DNA of 64,000 nucleotides from Chiloscyllium plagiosum (taxonomy: Eukaryota): the NCBI RefSeq assembly GCF_004010195.1, contig NC_057718.1, forward strand, positions 22,860,952 to 22,924,951. Direction: 5' to 3'. The notes under the pieces are model-generated. The model ran no database searches. It was not told the origin of the DNA and saw only the letters and a list, made by a program, of their open reading frames with translations. How positions within the stretch are numbered: position 1 is the first letter of the stretch; each line of letters begins with the position of its first letter. The position numbers and the translations under genes were made by a program. Positions 52,465 through 64,000 of the stretch are shown here, piece after piece.

Positions 52465-53169
52465 TGAAATAATTCCACAAAGGTTGGTATCCCATCACCA
52501 AGTCACCCTTTATTTATACGTGGAAAATCCTTGACACTGATCCAGCTTGTTCAGATCCACCACCTGTTTACTTTTGACAGACCTTTTTTTTTATCCCCCC
52601 ACTACCGCCTAACTGCGGTAGTGCTTATTTTTCCCTAGCACCCATGTTGTGTGTGTGTGCAGGTGTGAGACACAATGAGAGACACAAGGTGCACGAATCT
52701 TTATTCAATTTCCACCACCGGGAAGAAAAGAAACAACCAAGTGGCCAATGAGAAACAGTGCCCTTGACATCAAAGGTCAATGCTGTGTGATCAAACAGTG
52801 AAGGGGAGGGCAGGGGTTAAATCAAAATAAAATTGCTCGGGGAAATAATACACCCAACTCCCTGTGGTGCCCACCTCTCCCTGAACAACTCCAAGGTGTT
52901 GGTGGATACCACATGCTCCTTCTCCAGAGACACCCAGGCGCTAATGTAACAGCGGAAGAGGGGCAGGCAGTTGGCCCTAACGACCCCCTCTAAGGCCCAC
53001 TGCCTGGACCTGTTTATGGCCAGTTTGGCCAGGCCCAGGAGCAGACCCACGAACACCTCCTGTTTGTATGTGTCAGCCAGGGCTCCCTGATTGAACCAGG
53101 TTAACAGCCCCAATCAGGGAACTCATATTCTATGTACTCCACCTGCCTGACCTCGCTACAATCACTATA
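52465..53169 (-). mobile_element. Solo LTR with 5-bp TSD, interrupted by a LINE
   Basis: Homologous to 30826-31051 in reverse. gtctt at 52460-52464 and 53170-53174. AATAAA on the minus strand near 52509-52514. Confidence 0.78.
52570..53053 (-). mobile_element. Tx1/L1-clade LINE 3' end
   Basis: ORF end LLLGLAKLAINRSRQ...CLPLFRCYI...VSLEKEH...LELFRERWAPQGV, then 3'UTR and poly(A) (T-run near 52584-52592). Flanks caccacctgttt and cacctcctgttt. Confidence 0.8.
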
Positions 53170-55054
53170 GTCTTTAACATTTTACTTTTGTTAAATTGAT
53201 CCTTCATGAAGCTGCCAATTCATTAATTAGTTTAATTCATCAATTACTTTATCAACAGAGTACGTACAATTGTGACCTATTGTGATCAGTGGGTATAGGA
53301 GGAGACTGGACAGCGCCTTCTCCACCCAAAATGACATTTTAGTTGATTCAGATCACTCTGCTTTGGAAGTTTTGTATTTTGTATTATAACACTGCTCCAA
53401 GAGATTTTAAATCAACTAATTAGTTTGATTTTAGATTGTTTTAGAAGAGTATAAAGATTGAAACTGAGACGGTGAGATGGACAATTGGACTATTTCACTC
53501 TGCGCACAATTCTAAACTAAAATTGAGCCTTGGTCTCCTTTTTAAATGGCTGTTCAGTTGTTACAGGGTTCACAACCATCGGGTAGTGAAGCTGAAATGT
53601 GTGGAACCTTTGATACCTGCAAAACATCCAGTTAGTCAGATTCTTCAGGTTTTCAAATAAAACTATAAATCACAAAAATAAAAAAAAGTCAAAATAATAT
53701 CCATATTATCAACACTTTGCATTGACTGTAAAGTGCTTTGGGAATGATCATAAAAGGTTCGAAATAAATGCAAGACCTCTTCTTGGACTAAGCGCTGACT
53801 GCGATTTTAAACAAGGAAGAATATTTCCTGTTGACAATTTGCTGGAGAAATAACTGCTCGAGCAGTTTATTGCCTTTCAACAGTGAGATCTGATATTATT
53901 TATATTCATACCATGTTCGCAATGTTTTTACAACAAATTTAATAATACAATTATAAACATGCTGATGTGCACAAGTGATTCATTTTCCGTGACTGAAATA
54001 AGCTGATCAGCTGTCCTATACAGTTCAAACGTGTTCACTAAAAGGTTCAATTTATGATGTTACTGCTGTGAGATTACTGGCAGACAGCAATGCTTTTCCA
54101 CATCTCAATTTAGAAAAAGCAGCCTTCCATTTGAGAAAACATTTTTTTTACTTTGCACAAGAGCAGAAGAAAAGAGGGAAAGTGCTTCAGTTGTAATAAA
54201 TTTCTCCCTTTCTTGGAGCTGAACCTCCTCTGCTCTTTCAAATAAATTGGCATTCCCTCGACACATTCTCGAATCAGGATACACTTTCCATGTGAGATCT
54301 AATAATTGTTCTCTGAGTGAATAAACTTGTCACCTTAAAACCTTCTTGGGGCAGAATCCTTGGGGACAATGGGTTTTTCAGTGGTGAGGTAGGAAGTGTA
54401 TAACACTTTGCTTGAGAGAGAGATGGCAAACTATATGCAGTCACATGTGCGTGTGTGTATGTGTGAGGAGGGCAGCCAATCGTGTGATTGGGCACCATTA
54501 CCTCATGGGGTGAAATGTCCAGGCGCCCTATTTAAAGACCACCCAGCCAGATATTCATTCCTCACCAGTAGGAGCATTACCTAGCATCAGGTACATTCTG
54601 GCCTCCATCATCCTGTTGTGAACAATTCCATCCTGGAGAATAGCTGCTCAGATAACATCTTGTTGAACATGTGGGTACTGGAGCAGTGAACCTGACAATG
54701 GAAGTCATAACCATGCATCCTTCCCCATTTGCCATTGAGCTTCCCTCCATCTAAAGCCTCAGTCCATCATCCTTGCCCTGCTTTCAGATAAGTTCCACCC
54801 ACCCCATTGACAGCTATGACCAGCTTTCAGGGAACATTGAGGAGTCTTCCCAACCCTTATCTTCATAAATGTTAACCCACCATTCACTCTCCTGGGCACT
54901 TACACTATCATCCACAGTCACCGGTTGTGGATTTGGGAATCACCTTCCTAATATAACTCTCGTTCTCATCACAGCCATTCTTCCAAGATTGAAATTCCCT
55001 GCCTGGTCTAATATTCCCCCCTCTGTCCTACATGAAAGACCATAAAGCTCTCAC

Positions 55055-55355
55055 TCCCCTCTCATCAGAGCTGATGTGAAGTGTGGAGTATGTAATAGTG
55101 GGGTGGGGAAGGTGGTGGGTTGTTGGGGGAGAAAGGGTACTGATAGTACAGAATAAGTGATTGGAATATGAGAATGGCAGAGCAATGATGTGTCTAACTG
55201 TCAAACTGGATAAAACAGATGGTCCCACTTGAATGGGGTGGGGGAGCGGAGAGAGGACATGGTGTTGAAAAATGCAACAACTAAAGCTAAAAGAAAGGGA
55301 AGGAATGGAGTGAGTGCACAATCTAAAGGTGTTGAACTCAATATTAAGAGTGTGA
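55055..55355 (-). mobile_element. PLE 3' region remnant
   Basis: Ends LNIEFNTFRL as in the PLE at about 2770-2800. Minus-strand agct-ctgatga near 55062-55072. Confidence 0.6.
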
Positions 55356-55801
55356 CTATGGAGACAAGGACACATTGATCATAGTTATCATCGATTTACC
55401 TCACAATTATCAGGGTGTCCCTTTACTTCACCAACAGTCCTCACCTTCAACTCCACCCACCCCTAAACAACCCTCCTCCTGTTTCAAATGATCACACTTT
55501 CAGAGACATTGTTTTTGCGAGCAACAGTTTAAACAGCAAAGAGCAAGAGATTCCAAGTTCATTTTTGCACTTTCAATCCTTTCCTCATATCCACAAATCT
55601 CCTACATTATCATTGCCCCACCCAATATAACTATACCTCTCCCCTCTGTTACCATTGAATCTTCCCACATTACCCTTGATCCTAAAGCCATCATTCTCTA
55701 CATGTCTTCTTTTGTCACTAGACCCATTACTGTCACTATGCACATCCCAATTTTAACCATTCCAGTTATCCACTATATCTGAACTGTTCAACCCACTTGA
55801 A

Positions 55802-56156
55802 TGGCATAGCAGCTCAGTGGTTAGCACAACAGCCTCACAGCTCTAGGGACCTGGGCTTGATTCCAACCTTGGGTGCCTGTCTGTGTGGAGTTTGCTCATT
55901 CTCCACATGTCTGTGTGGATTTCCTCTGGGTGTTTTGGTTTCCTCCCACAGTCCAATCATGTGTATGTTAGGTGGATTGGCCATGCCAAATTGTCCATAG
56001 AGTGCAATTAGGTGGGGTATCCATGGTAAATGTGGGGTAATGGGGACAGAGTGAGGGGGGATTGGGTCTTGTGAGCTCCTCTTTGGAGGGTCGGTACAGA
56101 ATCAATGGGCTGAATAGCCCCTTTCTGCAATGTAGGGCTTTTTAAATTCTATTCTA
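55802..56156 (+). mobile_element. HE1-related SINE variant
   Basis: tRNA-like head, core and ttctattcta tail. Confidence 0.85.
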
Positions 56157-56496
56157 TACAATCTCACAATCCTACTCCTTCCATGAGACCATCTGATACT
56201 CGTACCTGAAAGTTGAACCAAAGCGCATCCCTCTTCCCACTTGGGCTGCGACTGTTTGATCCTCTTTCAGTTCAGTCTCCAAATTCCATCATTGACTGCA
56301 CTAACCCAATCTTTATAGGACCACTTCCATCAAACTAAGCCTGTCCGGAAATCTCATACGCCATCCGAAACAGGATCACAACATTCATGACACTTGGTCC
56401 TAACTTGCCGAATTAGACAATGTCCCTCCATGGCTCTCTCCCTGCATCAGATAATCTCCCTCCATATCTCAGACAGTCTCCTTCCCTCCCTGTCTC

Positions 56497-56790
56497 TGTG
56501 GTGGTGGTGACTGCCTTCTTGAGCTGCTGCTGTCCACACAGGTCAGCCAGGTACCCCCACAATGCTGTTAAGGAAGATGCTCCAGGATTTCGACTCAGCG
56601 ACAATGAAGGAACAGTGATCCATTTCCAAGTCAGAATGTTGAGTGGCTTGGAGGAGAACTTGCAGGTGTTGATGGTGTTCCCAAGTGTTTCCTGTCCTAA
56701 TTTTTCAAAGTTTGAGGCGATGGGTTTTGAAGGTGTTAGCAAAGGAACCTTGGAGAGTTATTGCTGTGTGGAGCTTGGGCCTGCCCTGAG
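56497..56790 (-). mobile_element. CR1/L2-group LINE 3' fragment
   Basis: GNTINTCKFSSKPLNILTWK...QQLKKAVTT, same family as 11540-12760. Confidence 0.72.
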
Positions 56791-56799
56791 GGAGAGAAC

Positions 56800-57022
56800 A
56801 TTGTGAATCAATGGAATCCTTTACATAGAGGTTTTTGAGACTGTGTGGTTGAATGTATTCACGGCTGAAACAGACAGATAACTCATAAAGAAATCCAGGA
56901 GTTTGGGGAGAAGGCAAGAAAGGAGTTGAGGAATATCAGATTTGCCATGGTCTAATAAACCATGAAGCAGACTTAATGGGCCAATAAACCTACTTCTGCA
57001 CCTATGCTTTATGGTCTTATGG
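56800..57022 (+). mobile_element. CR1 3' end
   Basis: gtgaatcaatggaatcctttac...cctacttctgcacctatgctttatggtcttatgg. Confidence 0.72.
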
Positions 57023-57557
57023 ACTAGCTCCTTTAGTTCCCAGAAGAAGAAAAAAAAACAGTAAAACTTGCAGATGTCAACCTCATCTTGTGTACCTTAA
57101 TGAGGGGCTCCAGTATGACCAGGACCTTCATTTTGAGGTATTTCTGTCCTTCTCGGTGATACCCTGTGGCTGAGATGGTTGACCTCCAATCGCCACAGCC
57201 ATGATTTTAACCAGCAGACCATCTCCAGCATTCCCTTCTCTTCCCGCAAATCTCAGTAACTGAAGTTTAGCTAGTAATCATTAATGCTATGCCCTGACAA
57301 ATGTTGTCTTTTTGCCAAGTGCAGTTGCCCTCACCTACTTTGTTGAGTTCAGCCTTTTTTGTCCATGTTTATAACAAGGCAGTAATAAGGTCAGGAGCTG
57401 GGTGGCCTGGGCAGAAGGCAGACTGATCATCAGTGAGCAGGTTATTGTTGAGTAAGTGCCACTTGACAGCACATGCAATGACACATCCCATCACTTTGTG
57501 AATGAGCATTGATGCTGTTCATTGTGACTATTCCACGCAGTAGTAATTTCTGTGTAG

Positions 57558-57684
57558 GCAGAAGCCGGTACTGCAGATGCTGGAGATTAGAGTCAAGATT
57601 AGAGTGGTGCTGGAAAAGCACAGCAGATCAGGCAGCATCCGAGGAGCAGGAGAATTGACATTTCAGGCAAAAGCCCTTCATCAG
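57558..57684 (-). mobile_element. Solo PLE terminus (family A-like) with decayed TSD
   Basis: Minus strand starts exactly at ctgatga-a-gggc-tttt-gcct-gaaa-tgtc. Flanks agtaatttctgt and agtaacttctgt. Confidence 0.85.
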
Positions 57685-58879
57685 TAACTTCTGTATGCTT
57701 ACCTCACTTTGAGTGAGAAAACTTCATCAGAATCCTGGATTTGTCATTAGTTACTATGTTGTCTCGACATTGATACCTGTCTACTCAATGGAAATGTGCC
57801 TCAATGCCATGGGCATGTCTATCTGTGCATACAAGTGGCTCAGTAATGCAAATCCTTACAATTAATATAATACCCTGGTGTTTCCATTTCATTCCTGATG
57901 GTTGGTAAGGGATTATACGGTGCTTGGTCACCTCAGAAATTATCCTCATGTCAATAAATAAATTGGGTGGATTATGCGACTGTCCAATTTTCGTGCTTAT
58001 TCAATATTTTTGAATGCTCTTACTTTGAAATTCACAACAGGAGACTGAATATTTCTGCTGCATTCAGAGAAGTAAATCTATTTAATCCCTGCGCAGGGAT
58101 ATTTGTCAATTGAAATACAAATCAAAACTGGCTTGTGATTTATTACTAAATTAATGTAAGGACACATTCAATTGTCCAAACCATCAAATATTGATGCTAC
58201 ATACATTAATGATTTCCTTCATTGTATGCAAGCACAAAATTAGATTTGGAAGTCGTATCTTCTGCAAAATAACTAAACAACCAAACAGCATCATAACATT
58301 ATGTTGGAAAGAAAAATGGCTTTTACCTCAAAATGCCTGTTTATTATATATTGATTTAACCATGTTTAAACATGTTCTATCAATGGCCTTTCATTCGAAG
58401 GGTAAATTATAGGTTTGCAGAGGCAAGCAGAAATTGTAACAAGATCAAGTGGTAGAAATTTGTGTGGATGTTTCAGATTGGCTTGAAATTGGGTTTAAAA
58501 GTAAAGTCACCATTGTCCTGGGGATATGTCCCCTGCTGTCCTTCAAATGGGATTGCTTACATCTCCCTGAGAGGGTAGATGGAGCTTTGGTTCAACAGCT
58601 TACCCAATCTTGACAGCGCTCTGTTCTCCATTGAGGAGTCAGTCTAGATTTTGTTTGCACTAATCACCTTGTGATGCTGAATTTTACTTTGCTTTAGGCT
58701 CGAAAGATCATTTCAACAAAATACAATGTGCTCTTTATGAAGTTCTCACTATCCAGAATCAACAATGTTTCTTACTCTTAAATAACCTATGGTCTTTGAA
58801 GGATGATCTTAACATCACCTCTTTTAATCGACTGATCTGCAATTTCTCACAGTTGGATAACATGCGCCATGATTGCAAT

Positions 58880-59082
58880 TGAAATAACTCCATGAAGGCC
58901 GATATCATGTCACCAAGTCACCCTTTATTTACACAATGCATAGTCCTAGAGTGAACAGAATCCCTGACATTCCTGTTTCTATCTGTCAGCCAGGGCTCCC
59001 TGATTGGACCAGATTAACAGCCCCAATCAGGAAACTCGTAGTGTGTGAGGTCCATCTGGCTGACCGCATTCCATTCACTACA
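58880..59082 (-). mobile_element. Solo LTR (third copy)
   Basis: tgaaataac...caccaagtcaccctttattt...tgtcagccagggctccctgattgg...tcactaca. Confidence 0.75.
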
Positions 59083-59619
59083 ATGATCACAACAAACTCT
59101 CTCTTAGCTTTACTAAAGCAGCTTAACAACCATCCAGTGCAGATCGACAAAGAGATAGCCTATCGTAACTCAGAGTTCAGTTGTTCGCCTCTTCATTGGG
59201 TGGCCATGGTTAGATCTCATTACTACCCTGTGATAGGAAGAAAGCGTAATTAAAATGAAAGAATCTGTAAAGCCCTTAAAGTAAGGTAAATTTTTGGCTG
59301 TTTAAAACCAAACTTGTGGGGAGAGCAATTTGGACTCTTATGGCTAAGGAGCCAGCAAAGTTCTGGGCTGCTGAACTTAACAACACACTGGCTAAAGTAA
59401 ACAGCTCTCTGAGTTAATTGCTTCCACTAGGGTGACAATCTTGCCAGCAACCCATCAGGTGAATTATAAGTTGTTTTCACAATCTATCATAGCTGTCGAG
59501 TGTTAATCAGCAAAGCCGAGACTTGCTAACCAGTCCTCTCTGCATTTACACAGAACAAGGGAGCTGTGCAGTTCACTACAATAAAACCTTGAAGCCACAT
59601 CCTGTCAATAAAATTAAAT

Positions 59620-59836
59620 TTTAAACCACAGAAAGACAGCTGGGTTTCCAAGTGCAGAGAGCGAGCGAGGGGGTGATACTTTTCTCTGGCTGGGGTGGTG
59701 GTGGAATGGCTGGTGATAGTGCAGAGAAACAATTGCAGTACAAGAAAACCAGAAGGAAGAGAGGGTGCCTGAAAAAGGGGGAGGCAAATTGAACTCGAGG
59801 AAGCTTGGAATGATAATTACCTTGTGGTAAGTAAGT
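59620..59836 (+). promoter_or_regulatory. Candidate first exon (5'UTR) with splice donor, gene unidentified
   Basis: Non-repetitive purine-rich leader ending TG|GTAAGT at 59826/59827. ATG at 59810 (MIITL + 2 nt). Lies in a repeat-poor zone. Confidence 0.35.
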
Positions 59837-62800
59837 CTCCAATTGAATTTATTCTTGACCTTCTGTCTGCGCTTGTAAAGTAAGAGAAATCAACTGGGTA
59901 ACCTGGACTGATGTCTAACAGGGGATATATTGTACTTTATGGTGGCGAGAATACTTAGTAAGAAGATGACATAGATCTTATTTCTCACGTTAAATGAGTG
60001 GAGGAAGTAAAGCCTTCTCACAGCTTCTGCATGCAGGTGGCATTTGCATATGTACCAGTTGATGGCAGGAAATAGCAGCCCTCTGCTGTTGGACATTGTG
60101 TCAAGAATTTTTTCCCTTCTTACTTTGTCTATCACACTGTTTCACAATGCAGATGGTTCACAGTGTGAATGTGTTTTTTTAATTATGGGAAAGACAATCT
60201 GACTTCCACTGTAAATTTCTGAGAATTGTGTTCATTCTGAATAAAGTGTTCTGTGGTGCCACCATTTTGGATTCAAATTCCCCGGGTGATCTGCAGAGTG
60301 AGGAGGGTGCAGAGGGGGAGGCTTCAGTGGGAGCTGGAGGAGGGGATCTGAAATTAATTTTGCAGAAGTTTCCAAAATGCTACACTTCAAGGAAACTTAT
60401 CTCCGTATCAACTCTTGTGAAATGCTAATATCTCTGTACAAAAATCACAAATAATACATGAAGTACATCTGAACCTATTTGAATGTTGCTCCCCATCATT
60501 ACGTAGGGTGCAGTCAAAAGTATTCTGTATTCGATTGAAATCTGTTTACTTATCAGTAGAACACACACGGTAAATCTGGATTTTATTGTGGAGGAATAAC
60601 ATTGATGATTGTTCTAAGATATCAGTTTAATGGGATTTGTAATGATCTGTACTCGTAGAACCATACAACATTAGAACAGGCCATTTGGTCCAAGGACTTT
60701 TGAGGAGCTTTCCAATTAGACTCACTGCTTTGCTTTTGTCTGATAGCTGCACAATACATTCCTCTTGCAGCATGAAATAATGAACTGTAACATGATGCAT
60801 TTTGGAAGAAAAATTAGGGAGAGGTAAAACTTGGTTAATAGTCCAACTATAATGAGGTTGCAGGAAGATGTATGCAGGCAAATAAGCCAAGCAGGCTAAG
60901 CATTTATGAACAGAAGCACAGTATACAATAGCAAATAAGTTACACTAACTCCTTATATTTACTTACAAAAATAGTACCTTTCTTACAGGTAACGTAGGAT
61001 TCCAACTAAATTGTAGTTGGGCAGCTAAATTGTAGTTTAGCTTGTAGTTTACAAGCTAAACTAAATCTCAGGTGAACTTGTAACAATAGATTTTTTAACA
61101 TGTTTTATTTGAAATTCCTTGAAAAAAAAAATCAAAGTACTAAAATCTAAGGGAACCTCTTTCTTTAATAACTTATCCTGTGAGCAACTCTTGAAGTCTT
61201 CCTTGTCAGAGTGGTGAGTGTAGGTTGACTGTTGCAGCAGGTTTCGTTGATTAGTTAATTACTGTAGACAGCCCTGCCTGAGCTAACATGCTGGTGAATG
61301 TTTAATAGAAATGCTGGGACTTTGGTGTGTGAAGGCTGTGATACACATGTGAGAAGCTGTTATGTGTTTAATCTTTCGATGTGCGTTAATAATTGATAAA
61401 GAGAGTGCGGCAAAGGGGATGCTCACTCCCGAGAGACTTTGCCATGTGATTTTCTTTTGCTGCATTTCCCCTTCGTGCTCCAAGCCATGAAGAAATTGTT
61501 GATTGTGATGATTTCCCATTTCTGAAGTTGTGGGTATGAGAGGAATGTCTAAATATTGCTGATGATGTTGACTGCCTTCAATCTTGAACTCAAAACTGAT
61601 TTCTTTTATATGCATATAACAGCTAGCTTTCAAAGAGATGGGACGGAGGTTGAATCATTTCAGTAAAAGCTTTCTTCAACATCTTTCGTCACTGAGCAAA
61701 GGTTGCAGCCTGTGTTTTTAACCTGCGTAACTTAGAAGATGCCTGAAGTTTGCCAGTAAACCAATTCATCAAACAGCATTGTGGTTTCAGCACAATGATA
61801 CTGGCATCCACTGAGAAACCTTCAGTTAATTGAACATGGAGGCAGAATAGTTTCACCACAATGTACAAAACACATGTTGTTGGCAAGACTTATATCTGGC
61901 TATCTAAGAGAAGCAATGCCTCTTGTTGTTAAGTACCATTCATCACCCTCCGTAAACCTATTCATTTCTCTTAGTTAGAAGCTCATTTTCTCCCCCTCAG
62001 TCTGAAGTAATGAGTTGCTGTCAGGCTCAGAAATACTATGCAATTAATCTCATAATACTTGTTGATTGAGTTAAAGAAAATAATTGTTTGTTTTTAAATT
62101 GATTTGTGCTTTATCCTTTTAATCAAATTTTCTGCCTCATCCTGTCAAAAGAATTCATTTCTGGATGTTGTCAGTAACTATTACGATGGGCTAACTTTGT
62201 TTCATGTGCAATGACAGTTACTTTCCACTGCTGAAATGCAAGTGTCAAAATTATGCCCAATTTATCCCCTGGATTTATTTAACTGGAATCCTGATTCACT
62301 CACTTCAAAAAGACAAATGCAACATAAAGCATGGCTGATCATAAACCCCGAATCTGGAAATGAATTATGCATTCTGTGTTGCAAACCTCATCTTCCTGGT
62401 TTCACTGTGTGAGATTGTACAACAAACCCTTTGCTGGAGGCTGGCTGTGGCAGCCATTAAATAGTATTTTGGACCCCCATCAGGAAGAGAATACACTCTA
62501 GTCTTTATTGAATACATAACACGAAATTGAGAGAGGGTGACTGACTTTAAAACGCTTTTGGGCAATTTATAATTCTTTTGAGTTTCACCTTTGTGGTTTA
62601 AAGCAGTACTGCCACCATCTCCCATCTGAGTTAAGACTCATCAAATATTCCCTGCCAATGTTCAATTCCTCTGTCACCCAGCTTCCAAAGTACCAAAGGT
62701 CATGGAAGTTCCATTCTTAGTTTCTCTCTTGAATCAGTTTTCTGTCAAATCTGTGTACAGGAATCTTTTGCAAAGTCATGTTCCGAACAATGAGCTTCAT

Positions 62801-63379
62801 GCATCGGGAAGGTGGTGCCAAGGGCGAGGGGTGACTAACAACATCTTGATTAGGAACAACAAACCCCACAGGAGACTTGGTTGATGCAACTTGACTAATG
62901 AAGGACAGCAATGCATTTGCGGTGACATGAGGATGTGTTTGTTTTTCAAAATCCCCATCTCATGTCATTCCATATTGATTTCTATCATCCTCTCCTAAAG
63001 ACCCCGTCCCCATTCCTCGGACTCATGCTATCCCTCTCCCCTGTTTCGTACTTCCGATCCATTTCCCCCACACCTCCCCTTCAATACTGTACTTCCCCAA
63101 GCCATGTCCTATCCCAGGCCATTATCCTTCCATTCCCTGCCTAGAAGAGTACTGTATGGTTGGTGATGTTGTTCTGCAATTTGCATTCCTTGGATGACTA
63201 TTTGATAATGAAACGTTAAAACTGGACTTTAACATTCAGGTACAGAATGAACCATCATGCCATCAATCATTTAAATCTACTAACAGATGCATGCTTCGAA
63301 TTGACAAGTCAAAATTGTCCAGAAAAGGCAAAAGTTATATTGTTATTTTTACAGATGGAGAGAAAATCCCACAGATGTC

Positions 63380-63570
63380 TTGTGGTGGAGTGGGAGTGTC
63401 TCTACCTCTGAGCCAGAGGCACCAGGTTCAGGATTCACCCGAACACTTATTGATGGCCAAACAGGTTGGGTGTCAACTTCCAATTGACACTAATGTCAGG
63501 CAGTAAGAATTGGAGAGATTCCTGGATAGCCATCTGATGAAAACAAATTGGAGTCTTTACTATCGCTACT
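63380..63570 (+). mobile_element. Decayed tRNA-derived SINE (third type)
   Basis: ggtggagtgg...cctctgagccagaggcaccaggttcagg tRNA-like head. Confidence 0.45.
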
Positions 63571-64000
63571 TATATTTTCAGGCAGATGAAAATGTATGTT
63601 GGTTCACCAATTCACACCTCCACAGGGCACTGATTGGCTTGGTTTTCTGGATAATCACTTGGGATCGGGTAGGTGTCAATAGAAAATGGGTTGATCCCGA
63701 TGGGGGCTGGGCGGAATTTGGGTGCTGTTCCTTTGCCCGAGATGGAGATCATGATACTGTGGGTCAGAAATAACTCACAAAGTAGAAGAACATCAGCTGT
63801 GACCCAAACCCCTGATAGATGCCCCTTACCAGGGGAGTTCTGAACCCGGGGAAAGAACTTGAAAGAAGTCAAATTTGGATTATCACCCAATTTTAAAGCC
63901 TTTTTGGCCCTGTATGTGTTTGAATGGCAGTGATGAACTGTAAAAACTGTTCCAAATAGATTTTATTACTGACAGAACGCTGTTGAGCTTCATGTCACAT

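Overview
Repeat-rich vertebrate non-coding DNA, almost certainly from a cartilaginous fish (shark): it carries many HE1-type tRNA-derived SINEs, CR1/HER1-type LINE fragments and a Deu-domain SINE. I recognise no intact host protein-coding exon. The ORF-track entries I can assign are transposon-derived and the rest look like chance ORFs. The most interesting signal is a set of Penelope-like element (PLE) remnants from at least four families plus about 15 short solo or inverted terminal copies. Their termini hold minimal type I hammerhead-ribozyme motifs (CUGAnGA...GAAA...NUH) whose stems differ between families but still pair. One young copy (25771-25997) is a near-perfect 97-bp palindrome with an intact core on each strand and a 16-bp target-site duplication (TSD). 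Other observations: a decayed coiled-coil-like reading frame interrupted by later insertions (about 30743-32860), a 41-bp minisatellite, a Tx1-like LINE nested in a solo LTR, and a candidate first exon with splice donor at 59826 in a repeat-poor zone. Family names come from recognised motifs, not database searches, and boundaries of decayed repeats are approximate.
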